57,234 nucleotides of DNA from Acidobacteriaceae bacterium. Its GTDB lineage: Bacteria; Acidobacteriota; Terriglobia; Terriglobales; Acidobacteriaceae. Positions 8,208 through 16,683 of this stretch are shown here, one piece after another. The notes under the pieces were generated by a model. It was not told where the DNA came from. It saw only the letters and a list, made by a program, of their open reading frames with translations, and searched no databases. Each line of letters begins with the position of its first letter. Position 1 is the stretch's first letter. The DNA is taken from NCBI GenBank assembly GCA_050011735.1, contig JBEKIN010000001.1:1-57234 (forward strand), read 5' to 3'. A program made the position numbers and the translations under genes.

Positions 8208-9554
8208 ATGGGTAAGTCAGACAGCAAAGCGGAACAAACCCCACAATTCGAATCCTGGGGTCGCTATCCGCAGTTCCACGCCGATGTTGTTCCACTTCAC
8301 TGGGCCACCGACTTTCCCCTAAAGCCACCCCCGGGCACACCGCAATTGCCCGTCGGGCTGGGCCGCAGCTACGGCGACGTCTGTCTGCTGGAGAATGGCC
8401 TCCTGCTGCAGACCGCGGGAATGGACCGGCTCCTTCATTTCGATCAGGCGACCGGCATGCTGCGCTGCGAGGCGGGTGCCACGCTCCAACAGATTCTTGA
8501 CTTTGCGGTTCCCCGCGGCTTTTTTCTGCCGGTCACGCCCGGAACGAAATATGTAACGGTGGGCGGTGCCATCGCCAACGACATTCACGGCAAGAACCAT
8601 CATGTCGCCGGCACTTTTGGCCGGCATGTCCTGCGTTTCGAGCTAGTGCGCTCCGACGGCACCCGCTTCGTCTGCAGCCCCATTGAAAATCCCGAGTGGT
8701 TTGCCGCCACCATCGGCGGCATGGGGCTCACCGGACTTATGACCTGGGCCGAAATTCACCTCCGCCCCATCGTTTCCCGCCGGATCGATTATCGCGGCGA
8801 CAAGTTTCACGGTATCGACGAGTTCTTCGCGCTCTCCCAGGCGGCGTCCAGCGAATACACGGTGGCCTGGATCGACTGCGTTTCCACGGGCCGCAACTTC
8901 GCGCGCGGCATTTTCATGCAGGGCGATCACTCCGAAACTCCGGGACCCCTCACCAGAAGCAAGGAGCCAAAACTCACGTTTCCTTTCGACCTGCCCGAGT
9001 TCGCGCTCAACCGCTTTTCGATGGCAGCCTTCAACTCCCTGTACTTCCACAAGCAGCTGGGTCGACAAAAGGTCGGCCCAGTCGATTACGAACCATTCTT
9101 CTATCCCCTCGATGCGGTCCTGCATTGGAATCGCATGTACGGGAAAAATGGCCTGGTCCAGTTCCAAAACGTCCTTCCCCACGAAAGCGGCCGCGAGGGC
9201 ATGCTCGAAATCCTTAGGGCCATCACCCAATCCGGACTCGCCTCGTTTCTAGCCGTGATTAAGTTCTTCGGAGACGTTCCTTCTGTCGGCGCCATGTCCT
9301 TCCCGGTGCCCGGCGTGATGCTGGCCCTCGATTTTCCCATTCGCCGCCACGTTACTTTCGACCTTGTCGACCGGCTGGCGCGCATCACCCTCGAGCACGG
9401 CGGCCGTATGTATTCCGCCAAGGACGCGCGTATGACCGCCGCCCAGTTCCAGGCCTTCTATCCGCAGTGGCAGGACTTCGCTCGTTATGTCGATCCAGGC
9501 TTCGACTCCGCCTTCTGGCAACGCGTCACCGGACGGAGGCCTCTCGATGGCTGA
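8208..9554 (+). CDS. FAD-dependent oxidoreductase, DprE1-like (polyprenylphospho-ribose 2'-oxidase family)
   Basis: [11 protein letters not shown], then [32 protein letters not shown]...WNRMYG, ALDFPI and [13 protein letters not shown]. These are collinear with M. tuberculosis DprE1 blocks as I recall them ([64 protein letters not shown]). Confidence 0.82.
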   Translation: [448 protein letters not shown]

Positions 9555-10311
9555 TCGATCCGCCGTCGCATCCTCAAGGCGGGTCCTCGCGCTCGGCGCT
9601 ACCTCCGCCATCGCCGAGGCCACACTCCGCCTGCTGGCTGAGCAGCACGCCACGTTCTTTCTCGTCGGCCGCAATTCACAAAGGCTGGCAGCTGTGCGCA
9701 ACGACCTGCTCACCCGAGGCGCGACCGGGGCCACCACCTTCACCGCCGATCTCGATAGCACCGCCGCCCACCCCGCCATGCTGGCGCACGCGGCCACGGC
9801 GCTGGGAGGAATTGACCTGGCCTTCCTCGCTCACGGTGTGCTCGGCGATCAGTCTGAAGCGGAAAAAAGCTATGCCGCTGCCGAAGCGATCCTGCGCACC
9901 AACTTTCTGTCAGCCGTTTCGCTGGTGACCTGGCTCGCCAACTACTTTGAGACGGAACGCCGCGGCGCCATCGCTGTCATCTCCTCGGTGGCTGGTGATC
10001 GTGGCCGCAAGAGCAATTACGTCTACGGCGCCTCCAAGGGCGGCCTCGACATCTTCCTCGACGGCGTGCGCAACCGCATCGACCGCGCCGGCGTGCACGT
10101 TCTCACCATCAAGCCGGGATTCGTGGCCACGCCGATGACCGCGCACCTCCCGAAGAACGCGCTCTTTGCCGAGCCGGCCCAGGTCGCAAAGCATATCGTC
10201 CGGGCCATCGAAAAGCGCAAAGACGTGGCCTATGTCCCGCCTTTCTGGGCCCTGATCATGCTGGTGGTTCGCAACATCCCCAGGCGCATTTTCAAGAAGA
10301 TGAATATGTAG
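9547..10311 (+). CDS. Short-chain dehydrogenase/reductase, DprE2-like (polyprenylphospho-2-keto-pentose reductase family)
   Basis: Rossmann motif LALGATSAIAEA. Catalytic YGASK. The C-terminal LIMLVVRNIPRRIFKKMNM resembles the DprE2 tail (MMVLRHIPRSIFRKLPI, from memory). ATG 9547 overlaps the upstream stop (ATGGCTGA), indicating translational coupling. The track ORF starts at 9487, but that start overlaps the preceding gene by 68 nt. Confidence 0.8.
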   Translation: MADRSAVASSRRVLALGATSAIAEATLRLLAEQHATFFLVGRNSQRLAAVRNDLLTRGATGATTFTADLDSTAAHPAMLAHAATALGGIDLAFLAHGVLGDQSEAEKSYAAAEAILRTNFLSAVSLVTWLANYFETERRGAIAVISSVAGDRGRKSNYVYGASKGGLDIFLDGVRNRIDRAGVHVLTIKPGFVATPMTAHLPKNALFAEPAQVAKHIVRAIEKRKDVAYVPPFWALIMLVVRNIPRRIFKKMNM

Positions 10312-10604
10312 CCGGGCGTGCTAATGGCGGCCGAAATCTGCATCGGGTACTCCTTCGACAACATCTATTCAGTAAGCTGATACGCTGCCTCCGAGGTCTT
10401 TTTCGTAGGTCCAGTCGTCTTCACAAACGTACAGCCGTTGTCACGCTTCAAATTCCTTACCAACAGGCAAAGGATGGATACTGTTGTCAGCGAGATTTGT
10501 GTCCCCCAACCGTCAGAACTGACGATTCTCCGGCATTTCGCATTTTTCACCGCAGTATCTCGGTCACCGCGAAAGCCGCTCACCGCAGGAGACGCTGAAC
10601 CGTT

Positions 10605-13600
10605 ATGTGGATAGTCCGCCTCGCGCTGCGACGGCCGTACACGTTTGCCGTGGTCGCGCTCCTGTTGATGGTTCTCGGGCCGCTGGCTGTCGTCAATATG
10701 CCGGTGGATATCTTCCCCAACATCGACATTCCCGTCGTCACCATGCTCTGGAACTACGCGGGCTTTTCGCCGGAACAGATGGCGAGCCGCATCGTCACGC
10801 TCAGCGAGCGCTCCCTCACCACCACCGTTAACGACATCGAGCACACCGAGTCGAATTCGCTGAATGGCATCGCGGTCGTCAAAATCTTTTTCCAGCCCGG
10901 CGTCAATATCGGTAATGCCGTGGCTCAGGTTACCGCGGGCGCGCAAGCCCAGCTTCGCCAACTGCCCCCCGGAACCACGCCGCCGCTGGTCATCCAGTAC
11001 AACGCCTCCAGCGTCCCCATCGTTCAGCTTGGACTTTCCGGGCAGGGTCTCTCGGAAATGCAGCTCAACGACTACGGCCTCAACTTTATCCGCACCCAGC
11101 TCGTCACCGTGCCCGGCGCCGGTATTCCCTATCCCTACGGCGGCAAGCAGCGCCAGGTCCAGGTCGACCTGAACCTCTCCGCGCTGCAATCCAAAGGTCT
11201 CTCGCCTGCCGATGTGGTCAACACGATCGGCGCGCAGAATCTCATCCTCCCCGCCGGAACCATGAAGATCGGGCCGTTCGAATATCAGCTTGAGACCAAC
11301 AGCGCCCCAAGCACCATTCCGGGACTGAACGATCTGCCTATTCGTCAGGTGAACGGCGCAATGGTCTACATCCATGACGTCGCTCACGTCCGCAACGGCT
11401 TTCCTCCTCAGACCAACATCGTCCGCGTGGACGGCCAGCGTGCTGCGCTGCTCTCCGTCATCAAGACTGGGAATGCCTCCACGCTCAACATCGTGAAAGG
11501 TATTATCGCCAAGGCTGACGGCCTGAAATCCCAGCTCCCTCCGCAGTTCAGGATCACCCCCCTCGCCGATCAGTCCATCTTCGTGCGCGCCTCCATCGAC
11601 GGCGTCGTGCACGAAGGCATCATCGCCGCTTGCCTTACAGCGGTCATGATCCTCATCTTTCTCGGCAGCTGGCGCAGCACGCTCATCGTCGCCGTTTCCA
11701 TTCCATTGTCGATCCTCACGTCGCTGCTCACGCTGAGCGCGCTGGGCGAGACCATCAACATCATGACGCTCGGCGGCCTCGCCCTGGCCGTCGGCATTCT
11801 CGTCGACGACGCCACCGTCGAAGTCGAGAACATCAACCGCAACCTCGAGCAGGGCAAAGCCATTGAGCAGGCGATTCTCGACGGCGCTGCCCAGATCGCC
11901 GTTCCCGCCCTCGTCGCCACCATCTCCATCTGCATCGTCTTTGTGCCGATGTTCTTACTCAGCGGCGTGGCAAAGTACCTGTTTGTGCCCCTCGCCGAAG
12001 CGGTCTGCTTCGCCATGCTCGCCTCCTACCTGCTCTCGCGCACCGTGGTTCCCACCATGGCGAAATACCTTCTGCGCGAGCATGACCCCCAGGAGGGCGA
12101 ACGGAAGCGGCAGACCCTGAACCCCTTCACCCGTTTTCAGCTCGCTTTCGAAAGCCGCTTCGAAAAATTTCGGCATGGCTACCGCCGCATCCTCGAGCTC
12201 TGCATTCACCACGCCGGCGTCTTCATCATCCTGTTCTTCGTCCTCAGCATGGGCTCTGCTGCCCTGCTCTACCCCTTCCTCGGCGAAGACTTTTTCCCCA
12301 CGGTCGACAGCGGCCAATTCAAGCTTCACATCCGCGCCAGAACTGGCACGCGCATTGAAGACACAGCTGCGCTCTGCGACCGGATCGACAACTCCATCCG
12401 CCAGATCATTCCGAAGAACGAACTGGTCACGATCATCGACAACATCGGTCTGCCCTACTCCAGCATCAACCTGTCGTACTCAAACTCAGCTCCGGTGGGC
12501 CCCGGCGACGCCGACATCCAGGTCTCGCTCGCCGAGAAGCACCATCCGACTGACGATTACGTGGCGCGGTTGCGCGAAGAACTGCCGCGGCGTTTTCCCG
12601 GCACCGAGTTTTACACGCTGCCCGTCGACATGGTGACGCAGATCCTCAACTTCGGCTTGCCTGCGCCCATCGACATTCAGATCGTTGGGCCGAACCAGCA
12701 GGGCAACCTTGAGTTTGCGCAAAATCTGCTCAACCGGATCAAGTATGTTCCCGGCACCGCCGACATGCGCATCCAGCAGCCCTTCGACAACCCCCGACTG
12801 CAGATCAATGTGAACCGCACCATGGCGCAAGGCGCCGGCCTCGCGCAGCGCGATGTTGCCCAGAGCCTCCTCGTCGCCGCCAGCGGCAGCTTCCAGACTT
12901 CGCCCACCTACTACCTCGACCCGCGAAACGGGGTCGAATACAGCATCGCCGTCCAGGCGCCCCAATATGGGCTGGACACGATGCAGGATCTGCGCAATAT
13001 CGCCGTTACGGCGGGCAGCGGCGCAGGCACCGGTGGCTCTATGGTCCCCAACAGTGGCTCCAATGGCGCGGGTGCACCGCCTTCCTCCGGCCCCGTCGGC
13101 GGCCAGCCCATTCAGATTCTCGGCAACGTTGCCGGCATCGAGCCCGGACAGGAACCAGCGACGGTTACGCATTACAACATCACTCCGGTCATCGATATTT
13201 ACGGCAACGTCGTGGGCACCGACCTGGCCAGCGTCAGCAAGGGCATCCAGAAAATCGTCGACCAGCAGCAGTCGCATCTCCCGCGCGGCTCGCGCATTGT
13301 CGTGCGCGGCCAGGTCCAGACGATGCGCACTTCGTTTGAGGGCCTGCTCGGTGGCCTCATCTTCTCGATTCTTCTCGTCTATTTGCTCATCGTCGTCAAC
13401 TTCCAGTCGTGGCTCGATCCCTTCATCATCGTCTGCGCCCTGCCCGCCGCCATCTCCGGTATTGTCTGGTTCCTGTTCATCACTCACACCCGCCTCAGCG
13501 TCCCTGCGCTCACGGGCGCGATCATGTGCATGGGCGTAGCAACCTCGAACTCGATTCTCGTCATCACCTTCGCCCGCGAGCAGCTGGAAGAAACCGTCGG

Positions 13601-13895
13601 CGATGCCTCGCTCTCCGCGCTGAACGCCGGTTTCGTCCGCTTCCGGCCGGTGCTCATGACCGCGCTGGCCATGATCCTCGGCATGATTCCCATGTCCCTC
13701 GGCCTCGGGTCCGGCGGCGAGCAGAATGCGCCCCTCGGACGCGCCGTCATTGGCGGCCTGCTCTTCGCCACCGTATCGACCCTGTTTTTCGTACCAACCA
13801 TCTTCAGCGTGCTGCACGGACGACTCGAGCGCCGCCACAACGAACGCGAATCGCGTCGCCACGCCCACAAAAAACAGCTTGTGACCGGGAGCTAA
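10605..13895 (+). CDS. RND efflux transporter, inner-membrane permease subunit (AcrB/HAE1-like), 1096 aa
   Basis: N-terminus MWIVRLALRRPYTFAVVALLLMVLG. Twelve-TM plus two large-loop architecture. Conserved GGLALAVGILVDDATVEVENI and VPALTGAIMCMGVATSNSILV blocks. Confidence 0.93.
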   Translation: MWIVRLALRRPYTFAVVALLLMVLGPLAVVNMPVDIFPNIDIPVVTMLWNYAGFSPEQMASRIVTLSERSLTTTVNDIEHTESNSLNGIAVVKIFFQPGVNIGNAVAQVTAGAQAQLRQLPPGTTPPLVIQYNASSVPIVQLGLSGQGLSEMQLNDYGLNFIRTQLVTVPGAGIPYPYGGKQRQVQVDLNLSALQSKGLSPADVVNTIGAQNLILPAGTMKIGPFEYQLETNSAPSTIPGLNDLPIRQVNGAMVYIHDVAHVRNGFPPQTNIVRVDGQRAALLSVIKTGNASTLNIVKGIIAKADGLKSQLPPQFRITPLADQSIFVRASIDGVVHEGIIAACLTAVMILIFLGSWRSTLIVAVSIPLSILTSLLTLSALGETINIMTLGGLALAVGILVDDATVEVENINRNLEQGKAIEQAILDGAAQIAVPALVATISICIVFVPMFLLSGVAKYLFVPLAEAVCFAMLASYLLSRTVVPTMAKYLLREHDPQEGERKRQTLNPFTRFQLAFESRFEKFRHGYRRILELCIHHAGVFIILFFVLSMGSAALLYPFLGEDFFPTVDSGQFKLHIRARTGTRIEDTAALCDRIDNSIRQIIPKNELVTIIDNIGLPYSSINLSYSNSAPVGPGDADIQVSLAEKHHPTDDYVARLREELPRRFPGTEFYTLPVDMVTQILNFGLPAPIDIQIVGPNQQGNLEFAQNLLNRIKYVPGTADMRIQQPFDNPRLQINVNRTMAQGAGLAQRDVAQSLLVAASGSFQTSPTYYLDPRNGVEYSIAVQAPQYGLDTMQDLRNIAVTAGSGAGTGGSMVPNSGSNGAGAPPSSGPVGGQPIQILGNVAGIEPGQEPATVTHYNITPVIDIYGNVVGTDLASVSKGIQKIVDQQQSHLPRGSRIVVRGQVQTMRTSFEGLLGGLIFSILLVYLLIVVNFQSWLDPFIIVCALPAAISGIVWFLFITHTRLSVPALTGAIMCMGVATSNSILVITFAREQLEETVGDASLSALNAGFVRFRPVLMTALAMILGMIPMSLGLGSGGEQNAPLGRAVIGGLLFATVSTLFFVPTIFSVLHGRLERRHNERESRRHAHKKQLVTGS

Positions 13896-13898
13896 CCC

Positions 13899-15203
13899 AT
13901 GACCGAACCTGAACAGCCCCACTCAAACCCGACCCCGAACCATCACGGTCCCGCAAGCCACGGTGATGAAGACGACCGTCCGCCGATTTCAGGACGCAAG
14001 GCGATTCTGGTGCTGACCGTCGTGCTCGTTGTGGCTGCGATTGTGGCTGTTGCGGAGCTCATCCCACGCCTGCGCGCGGAAAAGACGCTGAAGACGCGCA
14101 CCAGTGACCTCGCTCTGGCCAACGTCCTCGTCGACAAACCCAAACTCGGCGAGCCCAGCCAGGAAATCGTTCTGCCCGGCAACATGTTTGCTTATGTCGA
14201 CTCGCCCATCTATGCGCGCACCGATGGATATCTCGAGAAATGGTACTTCGACATCGGCGCGCATGTGCGCAAGGGACAATTGCTCGCCACCATCGCCAGC
14301 CCCGAAGTCGATCAGCAGCTCGCTCAGGCCGAAGCCGACCTGGCCACAGCGGAAGCCAATGCCGGCTACGCGAAGCGGCAGGCCAGCCGTTACACCGATC
14401 TGCTGGCCAGCAATGCCGTCGCGAAGCAGGATACGGAGAACTTCGTCACTCAGGCGGCTTCCACGACCACGCAGGTGAAGTCGGCCCAGGCCAACGTCCA
14501 GCGGCTCGAGCAGCTCACCGGCTTTGAAAGCGTCTATGCGCCCTTCGACGGCATCGTCACCGCGCGCGGCGTGGATATCGGTACGCTGATCAACTCCGGA
14601 TCCGGTACTTCCAGCGGACGCGAGATGTTCCATATGGATGACGAGCACATCATGCGCGTCTACGTGAATGTTCCGCAGGTCGATTCGCCTTCCTGCACGC
14701 CGGGAACTCCCGCCGACCTGACCCTGGAGGAATATCCGGGCCGCCGCTTCCACGGCCAGTTCGTGCGCACCGCGCGCGCCATCGACCCCGCCTCGCGAAC
14801 CTTGCTCGTCGAAGTCGATGTGCCCAATCATGACGGCACGCTCGTCCCCGGCGCTTATACCGAAGTCCATTTCCAGTTGAAGGTCACCAGGCAGACCCTG
14901 ATTCTCCCGGTCTCTACGCTGCTCTTCCGGCAGGAAGGTCTGCGCGTGGTCACTGTGCTCCACGGGAGCAATGGCGACACAGCGAGGCTCGTGCCCATCA
15001 CCATCGGGCAGGATGACGGCCGCGTAGTGCAGGTCATCGAGGGCCTGACCCCCGACGATGAAGTCGTCCAGAATCCTCCCGACTCCATCGTGGACGGGGA
15101 ACAGGTCCGCGTCGTCACGCCCAGCAACGGCGGCGTTCCTGGAGCGCCACCGTCGGAGGCGAACCCAAACCAGGGCAACCAGAGCCCGGAGGGCGATGAA
15201 TGA
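13899..15203 (+). CDS. RND efflux periplasmic adaptor (membrane fusion protein, HlyD family)
   Basis: Single N-terminal TM (AILVLTVVLVVAAIVAVA). Lipoyl/coiled-coil region (GQLLATIASPEVDQQLAQAEADLATAEAN...). Beta-barrel region (APFDGIVTARGVDIGTLI). It starts 3 nt after the permease stop. Confidence 0.9.
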   Translation: MTEPEQPHSNPTPNHHGPASHGDEDDRPPISGRKAILVLTVVLVVAAIVAVAELIPRLRAEKTLKTRTSDLALANVLVDKPKLGEPSQEIVLPGNMFAYVDSPIYARTDGYLEKWYFDIGAHVRKGQLLATIASPEVDQQLAQAEADLATAEANAGYAKRQASRYTDLLASNAVAKQDTENFVTQAASTTTQVKSAQANVQRLEQLTGFESVYAPFDGIVTARGVDIGTLINSGSGTSSGREMFHMDDEHIMRVYVNVPQVDSPSCTPGTPADLTLEEYPGRRFHGQFVRTARAIDPASRTLLVEVDVPNHDGTLVPGAYTEVHFQLKVTRQTLILPVSTLLFRQEGLRVVTVLHGSNGDTARLVPITIGQDDGRVVQVIEGLTPDDEVVQNPPDSIVDGEQVRVVTPSNGGVPGAPPSEANPNQGNQSPEGDE

Positions 15204-16672
15204 TCCGCATTCGCCCTGGGCTGCTCATAACGGCGTTTGCGTCCTCCGCAACGGTGCTCCTGCTCGCTGGCTGCACTGTAGGGCCCAACTACCATCGTCC
15301 CGATGCGGCTACGGCTCCCGCGTGGAAGGAGAACTCCGTGCCGCCGCCCAATCCTCCCGACGGCACCTGGAAGCAGGCCGAGCCCAGCGATGGAACGCTG
15401 CGCGGTCAATGGTGGGATCTCTACGGCGATCCACAACTGAGTGTCCTGGAGGCCAAGGTCGCTGTCTCCAACCAGACTCTGCGCGCGGCCATGGAGCAGT
15501 ATTTTCAGGCGCGCGAGCAGGTGCGGGTTGCGCGTTCGCAATATTTCCCGACCCTCTCCGCAGGGCCGTCGATCGGGCGCACTCGTGAGTCGTACAACCA
15601 GCCCAACACGACAAAAGGACTCACCGACTACCAGTTCAACACCTTCTCCGTCGCCGGCCAGGCGCAATGGGAGCCGGACCTGTGGGGCCAGGTCCGCCGC
15701 ACGGTCGAAGAGACGCGCGCCAACGCTCAGGCATCCGCTGCGATGCTGGCCAACGTGGATCTCAGTCTGCGCGCGGAGCTCGCCGTCGACTATTTCCAGC
15801 TGCGCGGCCTCGATGCGCAGAGGCAGCTGCTCGATAACACGGTCAAGTCGTATGAAGATTATTTGCAACTGACACAGATACGCTTTAAGGGCGGCGTGGC
15901 CACTGAGTCCGATGTGGCCCAGGCCCAGACCCAGCTCGAAACCACGCGCGCCCAGGATATCGATGTCGGCGTTGCTCGCGCTCAATATGAACACGCCATC
16001 GCTACGCTGGCCGGGACTCCTGCATCGGTCTTCAGCCTTCCCGGGACGCCTCTGGGCGAGCAGATTCCGCCCATCCCGATCGGTGTCCCCTCGCAACTGC
16101 TCGAGCGCCGGCCCGACATCGCCGCCGCCGAGCGCCAGGCGGACGCGGCCAATGCCCAGATTGGCGTCGCGATCGCCGCGTATTACCCCAACATTTCGCT
16201 CACTGGTACAGGCGGCTTTGAAAGCGGCAACCCCGGCACATGGATTCAAGGCCCGAGCGAAATGTGGTCACTCGGCGCTTCCGCCGTGGAGCTGCTCTTC
16301 GATGCCGGCCGCCGCCACGCCGTTACCCAGCAGGCGCGCGATGCGTACGAGCAGCAGGTTGCCAATTACCGCCAGACCGTGCTCGCCGCCTTCCAGGATG
16401 TGGAAGACAATCTTGCGGCCATTCGCACCCTCGATCAGGAATCTGCGCAGCAAAATTTGGCCGTCGCAGCCGCCGAGCGTTCGCTGGCCATCAGCACCAA
16501 CCGCTACAAAGGGGGCGTCACCACCTACCTCGAAGTGCTGACTGCGCAGACCGCGCAACTCTCCGATCAGCGAACTCTGGCGGACATCGCGACGCGCCAG
16601 TTTGTCGCCAGCGTGCAGCTTGTCCGTGCTCTGGGTGGCGGCTGGGACACGACCCAGCTCCCCAAACTGTAA
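15200..16672 (+). CDS. RND efflux outer-membrane factor lipoprotein (NodT/OprM family)
   Basis: Lipobox LLAGC followed by TVGPNYHRPD, and the TolC-type repeat content (LRAELAVDYFQLRGLDAQ..., NRYKGGVTTYLEVLTAQ). It overlaps the adaptor stop by 4 nt. Confidence 0.92.
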   Translation: MIRIRPGLLITAFASSATVLLLAGCTVGPNYHRPDAATAPAWKENSVPPPNPPDGTWKQAEPSDGTLRGQWWDLYGDPQLSVLEAKVAVSNQTLRAAMEQYFQAREQVRVARSQYFPTLSAGPSIGRTRESYNQPNTTKGLTDYQFNTFSVAGQAQWEPDLWGQVRRTVEETRANAQASAAMLANVDLSLRAELAVDYFQLRGLDAQRQLLDNTVKSYEDYLQLTQIRFKGGVATESDVAQAQTQLETTRAQDIDVGVARAQYEHAIATLAGTPASVFSLPGTPLGEQIPPIPIGVPSQLLERRPDIAAAERQADAANAQIGVAIAAYYPNISLTGTGGFESGNPGTWIQGPSEMWSLGASAVELLFDAGRRHAVTQQARDAYEQQVANYRQTVLAAFQDVEDNLAAIRTLDQESAQQNLAVAAAERSLAISTNRYKGGVTTYLEVLTAQTAQLSDQRTLADIATRQFVASVQLVRALGGGWDTTQLPKL

Positions 16673-16683
16673 CCGTTGCTGAA

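Noticed and set aside
10365-13922. Long minus-strand ORFs 10365..11612 (415 aa) and 12486..13922 (478 aa).
   Set aside because: They are antisense to the well-supported RND permease. Their products are Gly/Arg/Asp/Ala-rich with no motifs, which is the typical high-GC shadow-ORF artefact.
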